A stretch of 64,000 bases of DNA from an uncultured Spirochaetota bacterium (lineage in GTDB: Bacteria; Spirochaetota; Spirochaetia; SZUA-6; Fen-1364), in the NCBI GenBank assembly GCA_963734545.1, contig CAVTHO010000007.1:128001-192000 (forward strand). The letters run 5' to 3'. Positions 48,259 to 58,855 of this stretch are shown piece after piece; the stretch's first letter is position 1, and the number at the start of each line of letters is the position of its first letter. A program made the position numbers and the translations under genes. The notes below the pieces were generated by a model. It did no database searches and was not told the DNA's origin. It saw only the letters and a list, made by a program, of their open reading frames with translations.

Positions 48259-49298
48259 AAGCCGGAAATCCGATTTTGCCGTTAGAGAAAGGCATGAATA
48301 AACATGAAAAAACATGCCTGCTGGGACTCTCTACGGTGGAATTCCTCACGCCGCGCGAAAAGCTTGCGCTCATGGAGATGCGGGGCGGGCCCTTGGAGCT
48401 TCTGGACCTCACGCTGCGCGACCTCGGAAGGCTGACCGGCAGAAAACTCCGCACCGCGCCGTGGAATCCGGAACAAATTCTCCGCGCCGGGGAGGAGATT
48501 GAAAAGCGCTTGACCGAGGGCGGGATGGAGAGCATCTTTTACTCGGACACGGCGTACCCACCGCAGCTTCGCGAGATCTATGATCCGCCCGTGACGCTTT
48601 TCCTTCGCGGATCGCTTCCCGACAACGGACTTCTTCTCGCAGGGATCGTCGGAACGCGTTTTCCCACCGGCGCGGCGCGTACGGCGGGGTTTCGGCTCGG
48701 CTTTGAGCTGGGCAGAGAGGGGATCGGGGTCGTTTCCGGACTCGCGCGAGGCATCGACAGGGAAGCGCATGAGGGGTGCACCGAGGCAGGGGGTATCTCG
48801 GTGGCCGTGCTGGGAAACGGCATCGACCTGATTTACCCCGCGTCCAGCTCGTCCGCAGGTCACGCCATCCTGCAGCGCGGCGGGGCCATTCTCAGCGAAT
48901 ACCCGCCGGGGATACCGCCCCTGCGTTATCACTTTCCCGCAAGAAACCGGATCATAAGCGGTTTGTGTCGGTCTGTGGTGGTGGTGCAGGCGCCGGAGCG
49001 TTCCGGAGCGCTTATCACCGCGGAATACGCGTTGGATCAGGGAAGGGACCTCTATGTGCACGCTGCCGGGACCGTGGGGACCGCAGGAGCGGGCACGCGC
49101 CGGTTGGCGGAGTCAGGAGCACCAATCATCCGCGGGAGTGCCGAGATCTTGAGGGATTGGGGAATGAAACCGCGCGCGGATCGAGCTTGTCTCCTGCCGA
49201 AAGAGCTGCCCGAGGGCGAGCGGCTTGCCGCTGTTTTAAAGGAAGAAATCGCTGGTGCCTGCGCCACAAGAGGCGGGGAAACCTACTGGAGAGCATGA
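48255..49298 (+). CDS. dprA: DNA processing protein DprA/Smf
   Basis: YPPQLREIYDPP, VVSGLARGID, FPARNRIISG, SGALITA. Confidence 0.95.
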   Translation: MKAGNPILPLEKGMNKHEKTCLLGLSTVEFLTPREKLALMEMRGGPLELLDLTLRDLGRLTGRKLRTAPWNPEQILRAGEEIEKRLTEGGMESIFYSDTAYPPQLREIYDPPVTLFLRGSLPDNGLLLAGIVGTRFPTGAARTAGFRLGFELGREGIGVVSGLARGIDREAHEGCTEAGGISVAVLGNGIDLIYPASSSSAGHAILQRGGAILSEYPPGIPPLRYHFPARNRIISGLCRSVVVVQAPERSGALITAEYALDQGRDLYVHAAGTVGTAGAGTRRLAESGAPIIRGSAEILRDWGMKPRADRACLLPKELPEGERLAAVLKEEIAGACATRGGETYWRA

Positions 49299-51670
49299 TG
49301 CAGACAGAAAATCCGCGGGATACCGCAATGCCGAGTTCGCCGGATACGGGAGTACCTGTTCGGGGAGTACCCCGTACCGCGGTAGACAGCGAGCACGACG
49401 CCGGCATGAAAACTCCGGCGAAGAAACCGCGGGGTACGGCGCCGAAGAAACCGCGGAGCACGGCGGCGCGCAAGCCACGGCACACACTCCTCATCGTCGA
49501 GTCGCCCGCAAAAGGCAAGACAATCGAGAAGTATCTGGGCAAAGGCTACACCGTGGCGGCCTCCATGGGTCATCTCATCGACCTGCCCAAGTCGCGTCTC
49601 GCTATCGACGTGGAGGACACATTCGAGCCCGAGTACATCACCGTCCGCGGCAAGGCGAAGATCCTCAAGGATCTGAAGCAGCAGGCGAAAAAGGCGGACG
49701 CGATCCTCCTTGCCTCGGATAATGACCGGGAAGGGGAGGCAATCTCCTTCCATCTGAGAAATACGCTGCAGAACGGAACGACCGAGAAAAGCATCCAGCG
49801 CATCACATTCAATGAGATCACTCCCAAGGCCATCCGGGAGGCCGTGGCACATCCTGGCCTCATCGATATGTCCAAGGTCAATGCGCAGAAGGCCCGGCGC
49901 GTTCTGGACAGGCTTGTGGGGTACTATCTCTCACCGCTTCTGTGGAAGAAAGTGAAGAACGGCCTCTCCGCGGGAAGGGTGCAGTCCGTTGCGCTCCGGC
50001 TCATCTGTGAGCGCGAAGCTGAGCTCGAGGCCTTCATCCCTGAAGAGTACTGGAGCCTGGACGCCGAGCTGCGTAAAGGCAAGCACCACTTCATGGCCCA
50101 GCTGGTCGGCATCGCCGGGGCAAAGCCCGCGCTGACGACGGAAAAAGCCACCGGGGAGTGCATCGAAGCTCTGCAGAACATGGCGTTCCGCGTGGCGGAG
50201 GTGAAGATTTCCGAGAAGATCTCCCGGCCCCGGGCCCCCTTCACGACCTCCACCCTGCAGCAGACGGCGGCGAACAGATTCGGCTTCACGGCGCGCAAGA
50301 CCATGCAGATCGCGCAGGGTCTCTACGAAGGGGTGAATATCGGCGCCCAGCGGCTGGGCCTCATCACCTACATGCGCACCGACTCCACGCGTATTGCGGA
50401 GAGTGCGCTCGCCGAGGTGCGGGAATACATCGGGAAGGAATTCCCGGAGGACCTTCCCGAATCGCCCGTCCTGTACGCGGCGGGCAAAGGCGCGCAGGAC
50501 GCCCACGAGGCCATCCGCCCCACCTATGTGACACGCACGCCCACCGAGTTGAAGAAGCACCTGACCTCGGAAGAGTTCCGTCTGTATTCCATCATTTGGG
50601 AGAGGTTCGTTTCCTCGCAGATGTCTCCTTCGAAGGCCAGCACCACGAGCGTGGATTTTTCAGCCGGTGAATACCTCTTCCGTTCATCCAGCACAAAAGT
50701 GGTGGAGAAGGGTTTCCAGAAGGCTCTCTCTCTCCTGGCTTCGAAGGAACAGACCAAGGCGCTTCCCCCGCTGGAGACCGGTGAGGAGGTGGAGCGGGTG
50801 AAGCTCATTCCGGAGCAGCACTTCACCATGGGACCCCCGCGCTTCACGGATGCGACAATCGTGAAAACCCTGGAAGAGAAAGGGATCGGAAGGCCGTCCA
50901 CGTACGCGCCCATCATCTCGGTCCTGCTGGACCGCTACTACGTGGTGCGCAAGGCACGCCAGCTCATTCCGACCATTCTCGGCAAGATCATCAACGACAT
51001 GCTCAGCAAGTCTTTTCCCGAGCTTCTGGACCCCAACTTCACCGCGGCCATGGAGCTTCGTCTGGACGAGGTGGAAGAAGGCAAGACCGAATGGCACGCG
51101 ATGATCCGTGACTTCTACGGTCCATTCCGGGACAAGGTGGCATCGGTCCAGGAGACTCTCGAATCGGTGAAGGGCGTGATGGACGAGCCGACGGACGTCG
51201 TCTGCGACGTGTGCGGAAGGCCCATGGTGAAGAAGCTGGGGCGCTTTGGCTTCTTCATCGCCTGCACGGGATTTCCAGAATGCAAGAACACGAAGCCGGT
51301 GCCGCTGGCGGCCTGTCCCCGGCCGGGCTGCGGCGGGCAGATCGTGGCGCGCAAGAGAAAGCGCGGCAGGGGGCGCGAGTTCTACGGCTGCACCAACTAC
51401 CCGACGTGCGATTTCGTGACGTATTTCAAGCCCACGGACTCCAAATGCCCCAAGTGCGGCTGGTTTCTCGTGGAGAAGGAAGACCGGCAGCGCGGGGCGT
51501 ACAGGACCTGCATCAACCCGTCGTGCGACTACCTGCACAGCAAGGAAATGCCGCTGGGAGCGGCCGGGGAAATGCCCCAGCCGCATCAGCACGCCGGGGG
51601 CGGCCGGCGACGAGGAGGAAGACCCCTCATCAGCAGAGAGAGTGCCCGCGGGGGCAGGAGCCGAAGGTGA
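49295..51670 (+). CDS. topA: DNA topoisomerase I with repeat-derived N-terminal extension
   Basis: IVESPAK, DNDREGE, SAGRVQ, LITYMRTDS (catalytic Tyr), GIGRPSTY, C-terminal Zn ribbons. The tail probably has an indel near 51598. Confidence 0.97.
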   Translation: MMQTENPRDTAMPSSPDTGVPVRGVPRTAVDSEHDAGMKTPAKKPRGTAPKKPRSTAARKPRHTLLIVESPAKGKTIEKYLGKGYTVAASMGHLIDLPKSRLAIDVEDTFEPEYITVRGKAKILKDLKQQAKKADAILLASDNDREGEAISFHLRNTLQNGTTEKSIQRITFNEITPKAIREAVAHPGLIDMSKVNAQKARRVLDRLVGYYLSPLLWKKVKNGLSAGRVQSVALRLICEREAELEAFIPEEYWSLDAELRKGKHHFMAQLVGIAGAKPALTTEKATGECIEALQNMAFRVAEVKISEKISRPRAPFTTSTLQQTAANRFGFTARKTMQIAQGLYEGVNIGAQRLGLITYMRTDSTRIAESALAEVREYIGKEFPEDLPESPVLYAAGKGAQDAHEAIRPTYVTRTPTELKKHLTSEEFRLYSIIWERFVSSQMSPSKASTTSVDFSAGEYLFRSSSTKVVEKGFQKALSLLASKEQTKALPPLETGEEVERVKLIPEQHFTMGPPRFTDATIVKTLEEKGIGRPSTYAPIISVLLDRYYVVRKARQLIPTILGKIINDMLSKSFPELLDPNFTAAMELRLDEVEEGKTEWHAMIRDFYGPFRDKVASVQETLESVKGVMDEPTDVVCDVCGRPMVKKLGRFGFFIACTGFPECKNTKPVPLAACPRPGCGGQIVARKRKRGRGREFYGCTNYPTCDFVTYFKPTDSKCPKCGWFLVEKEDRQRGAYRTCINPSCDYLHSKEMPLGAAGEMPQPHQHAGGGRRRGGRPLISRESARGGRSRR
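49307..49468. repeat. Cluster of repeat units in the topA 5' end
   Basis: 24-bp variants at 49307-49330, 49421-49444 and 49445-49468, plus the 42-bp element at 49336-49377. Confidence 0.8.
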
Positions 51671-51684
51671 AGCGGACGACCACG

Positions 51685-52581
51685 GTGCGTGAGGACTACC
51701 TGGTCTACCTCGGCGCGGTGCGCAATCTCTCTCCCCACACCCTCGATTCCTACGGCAAGGACCTGGAGAAATACGCGCAGTACCTCAGCGCACGTCAGGT
51801 CGCCCCTGAGCAGGCTGGGATCGCGGATGCGCGCGGATTTGTGAGCTGGCTCACCCGGGAGGGACTCTCCCCGCGGTCGGTCAACAGGATGGTCTCCGGG
51901 GTGCGCGGGTGGTACCGGTTCATGGAGCGCAGAAGCATCGTCGACTCGAATCCCTTCGCCGAGATACGCAGTCTTCGCACCGAGAAACGACTGCCCTCGT
52001 TTCTTTTCGAAGAGGAGATGGCGCGGTTGATCGAGATGCCCAGCCGCGAACCGTGCGCGGACGGGGACGCGTTCTGGAAACTCCGGGACAGGGCCGTGCT
52101 GGAGACCCTGTATTCGACCGGCTGCCGAATCTCGGAGCTCGTCTCCCTGGACCTCGCCGACGTGGACCTGAAGAATCACACCGCCCGCGTGATGGGGAAG
52201 GGGTCGAAGGAGCGCAACGTGTTTCTCGGTCCGGCGGCAATCGGCGCGCTCCGTGACTACATGGCGCGCCGTCGGTTCCATGCGCAGAAGGCCGACGCCC
52301 TGCGGGCCCTCTTCATCAACCAGCGAGGCGGAAGGATTACGGACAGGGGCGTGCGCTTCATTCTCAGCGAATACCTCTCGAGGGCAAACCTGGGAAAAAG
52401 GGTGACGCCGCACACATTCCGACATTCCTTTGCCACGCACCTTCTTGACAGGGGCGCCGACATAAGGGCCGTGCAGGAGCTGCTCGGTCACGCCAGCCTT
52501 TCCACCACGCAAGTGTATACCCACGTGGGCATGGAGAAGCTGAAAAAGGTCTACAGGAGGGCTCATCCCCATGCAACGTGA
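51685..52581 (+). CDS. xerC: Tyrosine recombinase XerC
   Basis: [57 protein letters not shown]. Upstream of hslVU; GTG start at 51667 or 51685. Confidence 0.88.
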   Translation: MREDYLVYLGAVRNLSPHTLDSYGKDLEKYAQYLSARQVAPEQAGIADARGFVSWLTREGLSPRSVNRMVSGVRGWYRFMERRSIVDSNPFAEIRSLRTEKRLPSFLFEEEMARLIEMPSREPCADGDAFWKLRDRAVLETLYSTGCRISELVSLDLADVDLKNHTARVMGKGSKERNVFLGPAAIGALRDYMARRRFHAQKADALRALFINQRGGRITDRGVRFILSEYLSRANLGKRVTPHTFRHSFATHLLDRGADIRAVQELLGHASLSTTQVYTHVGMEKLKKVYRRAHPHAT

Positions 52582-53109
52582 GAGGATTCGGGGCACGACC
52601 GTGGTCGCCGTGCGAAGGGGAGACAAGGTTGCCATGGCCGGCGACGGACAGGTGACCATGGGCAACACGGTCATGAAATCGAACGCCAGGAAAATCAGGA
52701 AGATCTACGACGGGAAGATCCTCGTCGGTTTCGCCGGCGCCACCGCGGATGCCTTCACGCTGTTCGAGCGGTTCGAGGGAAAAGTGAAGGAGTATGGCGG
52801 CGACATCACCCGCGCGGCGGTGGAGCTTGCCAAGGACTGGCGCACGGACCGGATCCTTCGGCGGCTGGAGGCGCTGCTGCTCGTGGCGGACCGGCGGGCG
52901 ACATTCCTCATCTCGGGCACCGGGGACGTCGTCGAGCCGGATGAGGGAGTGATTGCCATCGGTTCAGGCGGCAGCTACGCGTACGCAGCGGCGCGCGCGT
53001 ACCTGGAAGCCTCCGAGCTCAGCGCGCACGACATCGCGGAAAAATCGCTGCGTATCGCGGCGGAGATCTGCATCTACACCAATTCGGTGATACTCGTGGA
53101 GGAGCTGGC

Positions 53110-53113
<4 letters not shown>
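52571..53113 (+). CDS. hslV: ATP-dependent protease peptidase subunit
   Basis: [27 protein letters not shown]. Confidence 0.97.
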
Positions 53114-54536
<1,423 letters not shown>

Positions 54537-54548
54537 GAAGCAGGCGGT

Positions 54549-54575
54549 TCAGGAGGGCTGAAAAGAGGCCGAAAA
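54549..54575 (+). promoter_or_regulatory. Sigma28 (FliA)-like promoter upstream of flgB
   Basis: TCAG-15 nt-GCCGAAAA, against consensus TAAA-N15-GCCGATAA. Confidence 0.55.
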
Positions 54576-54602
54576 TGGAAGGGAAATGAGAGGACGGGCA
54601 GA

Positions 54603-55022
54603 ATGACATTTTCAGGGGCCTTTGGACGGAATCTGGAGATTCTCGCACGCGAAATGGGGGTGAGCACGCTCCGCAGGAACGTGATCGCCAACAATATCGC
54701 CAACGCCGGCACGCCGAATTTCAAGCGGAGCGACGTGAACTTCGAAAGCCAGCTCAAGCGGGCGCTGGACTCCGAAAGGCGGGTCTCGGATTTTCCCCAG
54801 TTCATCACGAACCCGAGGCACATCGCGTTCGACAAGCCGATGGACTGGCGGGAGGTAAGGCCGCGCAGGGTTCTGGACTACCTGACGGAGGCCAAGAACA
54901 ACGGGAACAACGTGGACATCGAGCAGGAAGGCATGGATTCCCTGAACAACCAGCTCCTGTACACCACGCTCGCGCAGGTGATTTCCAGCGAATTCCAGCG
55001 CGTCAACCTCGTGCTGAGATAG
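54603..55022 (+). CDS. flgB: Flagellar basal-body rod protein
   Basis: VIANNIANAGTPNFKRSDV, NGNNVDIEQE. Confidence 0.96.
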   Translation: MTFSGAFGRNLEILAREMGVSTLRRNVIANNIANAGTPNFKRSDVNFESQLKRALDSERRVSDFPQFITNPRHIAFDKPMDWREVRPRRVLDYLTEAKNNGNNVDIEQEGMDSLNNQLLYTTLAQVISSEFQRVNLVLR

Positions 55023-55035
55023 AAGGTAAACGCAG

Positions 55036-55494
55036 ATGGGCATGTTCAGCAGCATCAACATAGCAGGATCAGGGCTCACGGCGGAGAGGCTCCGGCTGGA
55101 TGTCATCGCCGACAACATCGCCAACGTCAACACCACGCGCACGACGGAGGGCGGACCGTTCCGCCGCAGCCGCGTCGTCTTCGCCTCCCGGGTGGAACAG
55201 CCCTACTGGCGAAGCCCCTTCCTGCCCCGTTACCTCCAGGACGCGGTGGGCCAGGGGGTGCGCGTCAAGTCCGTGCAGAAGGATTATGCGGCCGAGACCC
55301 GGCTCGTGTACGATCCGACGCACCCGGACGCCATAAAGACCGGGCCGAAGGCGGGGTACGTCGAGTACCCGAATGTCAACATCGTGAACGAAATGGTGGA
55401 CATGATCGAAGCGAACAGAGCGTACGAGGCCAACTCCGCGGTGATCGCCGGAACAAAGGCCATGTTCCTCAAAGCGCTCGAGATCGGGAGGTAG
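55036..55494 (+). CDS. flgC: Flagellar basal-body rod protein
   Basis: DNIANVNTT, YDPTHPDA, GYVEYPNVN, RAYEAN. Confidence 0.97.
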   Translation: MGMFSSINIAGSGLTAERLRLDVIADNIANVNTTRTTEGGPFRRSRVVFASRVEQPYWRSPFLPRYLQDAVGQGVRVKSVQKDYAAETRLVYDPTHPDAIKTGPKAGYVEYPNVNIVNEMVDMIEANRAYEANSAVIAGTKAMFLKALEIGR

Positions 55495-55497
55495 TGA

Positions 55498-55836
55498 ATG
55501 GGACCCATGGATCCGGTTCAGGCAACGGGAGACGTGGTAAAGCTCGCGCGGACCAACCCCCTGCATTTCGCGGGCGCCGGTGAAGCCGCGGCCGGTGCGG
55601 CGCGCGGGGATACCGAGCAGAAGTTCGGCACGCTGCTGATGGGCGCGCTGGGCAGCGTGAACAACAGCCAGCTGAAGGCCATGGATCTTTCCAAGGCAAT
55701 GGTGACTGATCCCAACTCGGTGAACGTGGAAGATGTGACCATCGCGCTTGCGGACGCCAACCTGGCGCTCTCGATGACCAAGGCCATCGTGGACCGCGCC
55801 TTGGCGGCTTACAGGGAAATAATCAACGTAAGGTAG
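55498..55836 (+). CDS. fliE: Flagellar hook-basal body protein
   Basis: Ends AYREIINVR; located between flgC and fliF. Confidence 0.93.
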   Translation: MGPMDPVQATGDVVKLARTNPLHFAGAGEAAAGAARGDTEQKFGTLLMGALGSVNNSQLKAMDLSKAMVTDPNSVNVEDVTIALADANLALSMTKAIVDRALAAYREIINVR

Positions 55837-55856
55837 TTGGACAAAGGGGCGGAAAT

Positions 55857-55874
55857 GCCACGGAATACCGTGGC
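55857..55874. repeat. Hairpin variant of the repeat core between fliE and fliF
   Basis: gccacgg-aata-ccgtggc, against ccgcgg-aata-ccgcgg (compensatory change). Confidence 0.5.
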
Positions 55875-55895
55875 CGGGCATGACGGGGAGGGGAC

Positions 55896-57596
55896 ATGAA
55901 CGAGTGGTTGAAGAGGATCCGTGAGCAGCTTGCGGGGCTGTGGTCACGCTGGAACGGGACGCAGAAGATAATCCTGTTCTCGATTATCGGCGCGAGCATT
56001 CTCGCGATCATTCTGCTCTTCGCGCTCAGCGCGACTCCGGCCATGGTGCCGCTCATCACCAATCCGGTCACGGACACGGACGCGCGGCTCCAGATAGCGG
56101 CCAAGCTGGACCAGATGCAGGTCAAATACCAGCTGCGGACGGATAACGTCTTTTACGTTGCCGACGAACAGACGGCCCGCCGTGTCAGGGTCGTCCTGAA
56201 CGAGGAGAATCTCATTCCCAAGGGGACGGATCCGTGGGCCCTCTTCGACATGGAACGGTGGACGACCACCGATTTCGAGCGGGACGTGAACCTGCAAAGA
56301 GCCGTGACGAAACAGCTCGAGCAGCACATCATGGCCCTGGACGACGTGGACAATGTCAGCGTCACCCTGGTGGTGCCCAAGACGGAGCTGTTCCAGGCCG
56401 ATCAGAAGCCCACCAGCGCATCGATCATCCTCACCCCCAAGCCCGGCTCGGACATCTCGGCCAACCGCAAGAAGATCGAGGGCGTGCAGAGGCTCATCAA
56501 GATGGCCGTTGCCGGTCTCCAGGACGAGAATATCGTCATCACGGACCAGACGGGCATACAGATAAATGACTTCACGGGCCTCGCCCAGATGGACCGGCTG
56601 GAGCTGGCCAAGCGGGAGCTCAAGGTCAAGCAGGACCTGGAGCAGAAGTACAACGCGGAAATCACCAAGGCCCTGGCAGATATCTTCAACCCGGACAGGG
56701 TGCGGATCCTCAAGATCGACATCAAGCTCGACATGAGCAAGGAAAACTCCACGTCCAAGGAGTTTTCCCCCATCGCGGTGGTGCCTGCCACCCGGTACGC
56801 GCCCGCCCAATACGCGCCCTCCATCGCCCGTTCCACCCAGAATATCGAGGAGCATTTCCAGGGCTCCGGGTTCAATCCCGAGGGGCCTGCCGGCGTGGAG
56901 GGCCAGACCCCTCCCGCGTACAAGGACCTGTCGAATCTCGTCGGCAAGTACGACAAGACCTCGCAGACCACCAACAATGAGATCAACGAGAAGACGACCA
57001 CCTCGGAAAAGCAGCCCTGGGAGATCAGGAGAATCACGACGGGTGTCGCCATCGACGGCGTCTGGAAAGAGAAGTATGATAAGAGTGGGAGAGTGATGCT
57101 GAACCCGGACGGCAGCATCCAGAGGGACTATACGGCGGTAAGCGATGACGACCTGGCGAAGGCCAAGTCGCTGATCCAGGGCGCCATCGGATTCGACCGG
57201 GATCGAGGCGACGTGGCGGAAGTGCAGACGCTCCAGTTCGACCGCACCCTCCAGTTCGAGAAGGAGGACGGCGTGTACCGCAAGCAGATGGCGGTGCGCC
57301 GTACGATATACGCGGTCCTCATCGGCCTGGGCGCTCTGCTTGTCCTCGTGCTCGCCTACCGGCTGATCGCCAAGGAGCTCGAGCGGCGGAGGAGGCTGCG
57401 GGAAGAGGAGCTGGCCCGGCAGCATCAGGCGATGCGCGAGGCGGCACTCAGAACCGCGGAGGAGCAGGGTGTGGATGTGGAGCTGTCGGTGGAGGACAGG
57501 GCGCGACTGGAGATGCAGGAGAACGCGTCAAACATGGCGCGCGAGCATCCCGAGGATGTTGCCCAGCTCATCCGCACCTGGCTGGTAGAGGAGTAA
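55896..57596 (+). CDS. fliF: Flagellar MS-ring protein
   Basis: Two TMs, TTDFERDVN, PTSASIIL, ends PEDVAQLIRTWL. Confidence 0.95.
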   Translation: MNEWLKRIREQLAGLWSRWNGTQKIILFSIIGASILAIILLFALSATPAMVPLITNPVTDTDARLQIAAKLDQMQVKYQLRTDNVFYVADEQTARRVRVVLNEENLIPKGTDPWALFDMERWTTTDFERDVNLQRAVTKQLEQHIMALDDVDNVSVTLVVPKTELFQADQKPTSASIILTPKPGSDISANRKKIEGVQRLIKMAVAGLQDENIVITDQTGIQINDFTGLAQMDRLELAKRELKVKQDLEQKYNAEITKALADIFNPDRVRILKIDIKLDMSKENSTSKEFSPIAVVPATRYAPAQYAPSIARSTQNIEEHFQGSGFNPEGPAGVEGQTPPAYKDLSNLVGKYDKTSQTTNNEINEKTTTSEKQPWEIRRITTGVAIDGVWKEKYDKSGRVMLNPDGSIQRDYTAVSDDDLAKAKSLIQGAIGFDRDRGDVAEVQTLQFDRTLQFEKEDGVYRKQMAVRRTIYAVLIGLGALLVLVLAYRLIAKELERRRRLREEELARQHQAMREAALRTAEEQGVDVELSVEDRARLEMQENASNMAREHPEDVAQLIRTWLVEE

Positions 57597-57599
57597 GAT

Positions 57600-58724
57600 A
57601 TGGCAAAGATGGGGAGGGCGGCTCCTGCTCCCGCAAGGGAGAGACCCGGTGCGGCGGAGGAAAAAGCCCCCGCGGCGGGGATGACACCGAGCAAACGCGA
57701 AGGCAAAGGCGCCGGCGCCCACAAGAAGGCTCTCACCGGTCGGCAGAAAGCGGCCGTGTTCCTGGTCACGCTGGGATCCGAGGTCGCCTCCGAGATATTC
57801 AAGCACCTGCGTGAGGACGAGATAGAGCAGCTCACCTTCGAGATCGCGCGCCTGGAGAGCATCGAGCCCCAGGAGCGCGACCTGGTGCTGATGGAGTTCC
57901 ACGAGCTGATGATGGCCCAGGAGTTCATCTCCACGGGCGGCATCGACTATGCCCGCGAGCTGCTGGAAAAATCCCTGGGCACTCAGAAGGCGGTGGACAT
58001 CATCAACAGGCTCACCAGCAGCCTGCAGGTGAGGCCTTTCGACTTCATCCGCCGCACCGATCCGTCGCACCTGCTGAACTTCATCCAGCAGGAGCACCCG
58101 CAGACCATTGCGCTGATCCTCGCGTACCTGGAGCCGCAGAAGGCCTCCGTGATCCTCGGCAGCCTCCCGCACGAGATCCAGTCGGACGTGGCCAAACGGA
58201 TCGCCACGATGGACCGGACCTCGCCCGAGGTCCTCCGCGAGGTGGAAAGGGTTCTGGAGAAGAAGCTCTCCACCCTCTCTTCAGAAGACTACACCGCCGC
58301 GGGCGGCGTGGAGAGCATCGTGGAGATCCTCAACATGGTGGACCGCTCGACGGAAAAGACCATCGTGGAGTCTCTCGAAGAAGACGATCCCGAGCTCGCG
58401 GAAGAGATCAAGAAGCGTATGTTCGTGTTCGAGGACATCGTGCTCCTCGACGACCGCGCCATCCAGAAAGTCATGCGCGAGGTGGACACGGCGGAGCTGG
58501 CCAAGGCCCTCAAGAGCGTGGACTCCGAGGTGCAGGACAAGATCTACCGCAACATGTCGAAGCGCGCATCGACGCTTCTGAAGGAAGACATGGACTACAT
58601 GGGCCCCATCCGGTTGAAGGACGTGGAAGAGGCGCAGCAGAGGATCGTGGCCATCATCAGGAAGCTGGAAGAGCAGGGCGAAATCGTGGTTGCCCGGGCC
58701 GGCGAGGAAGAGCTGGTCGTATGA
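57600..58724 (+). CDS. fliG: Flagellar motor switch protein
   Basis: GGIDYA, EHPQTIA, MFVFED, NMSKR. Confidence 0.97.
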   Translation: MAKMGRAAPAPARERPGAAEEKAPAAGMTPSKREGKGAGAHKKALTGRQKAAVFLVTLGSEVASEIFKHLREDEIEQLTFEIARLESIEPQERDLVLMEFHELMMAQEFISTGGIDYARELLEKSLGTQKAVDIINRLTSSLQVRPFDFIRRTDPSHLLNFIQQEHPQTIALILAYLEPQKASVILGSLPHEIQSDVAKRIATMDRTSPEVLREVERVLEKKLSTLSSEDYTAAGGVESIVEILNMVDRSTEKTIVESLEEDDPELAEEIKKRMFVFEDIVLLDDRAIQKVMREVDTAELAKALKSVDSEVQDKIYRNMSKRASTLLKEDMDYMGPIRLKDVEEAQQRIVAIIRKLEEQGEIVVARAGEEELVV

Positions 58725-58744
58725 GGACCGCAGGTCATCATACG

Positions 58745-58815
58745 ACGAAGGCGGCAGGTGGCTCGCGAAGCGAGACACCGAGAGCCTCGTTGTTTAGGCC
58801 CGAAGGGCCTCAACA
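58745..58815 (+). repeat. Structured REP-associated module between fliG and fliH
   Basis: ggcggcaggtggctcgcgaagcgagacaccgagagcc, homologous to 26937-26971 with covariation, then hairpin aggccc-gaa-gggcct. Confidence 0.75.
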
Positions 58816-58855
58816 GAGTCGTGTAGCGCGGCGGGCTGGATAGAGGAGATCGGAC

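Noticed and set aside
47299-52581. Two tyrosine recombinases as prophage or ICE integrases
   Set aside because: Size, motifs and the ftsZ-dprA-topA-hslVU context match housekeeping XerD/XerC. No cargo genes or att sites were seen.
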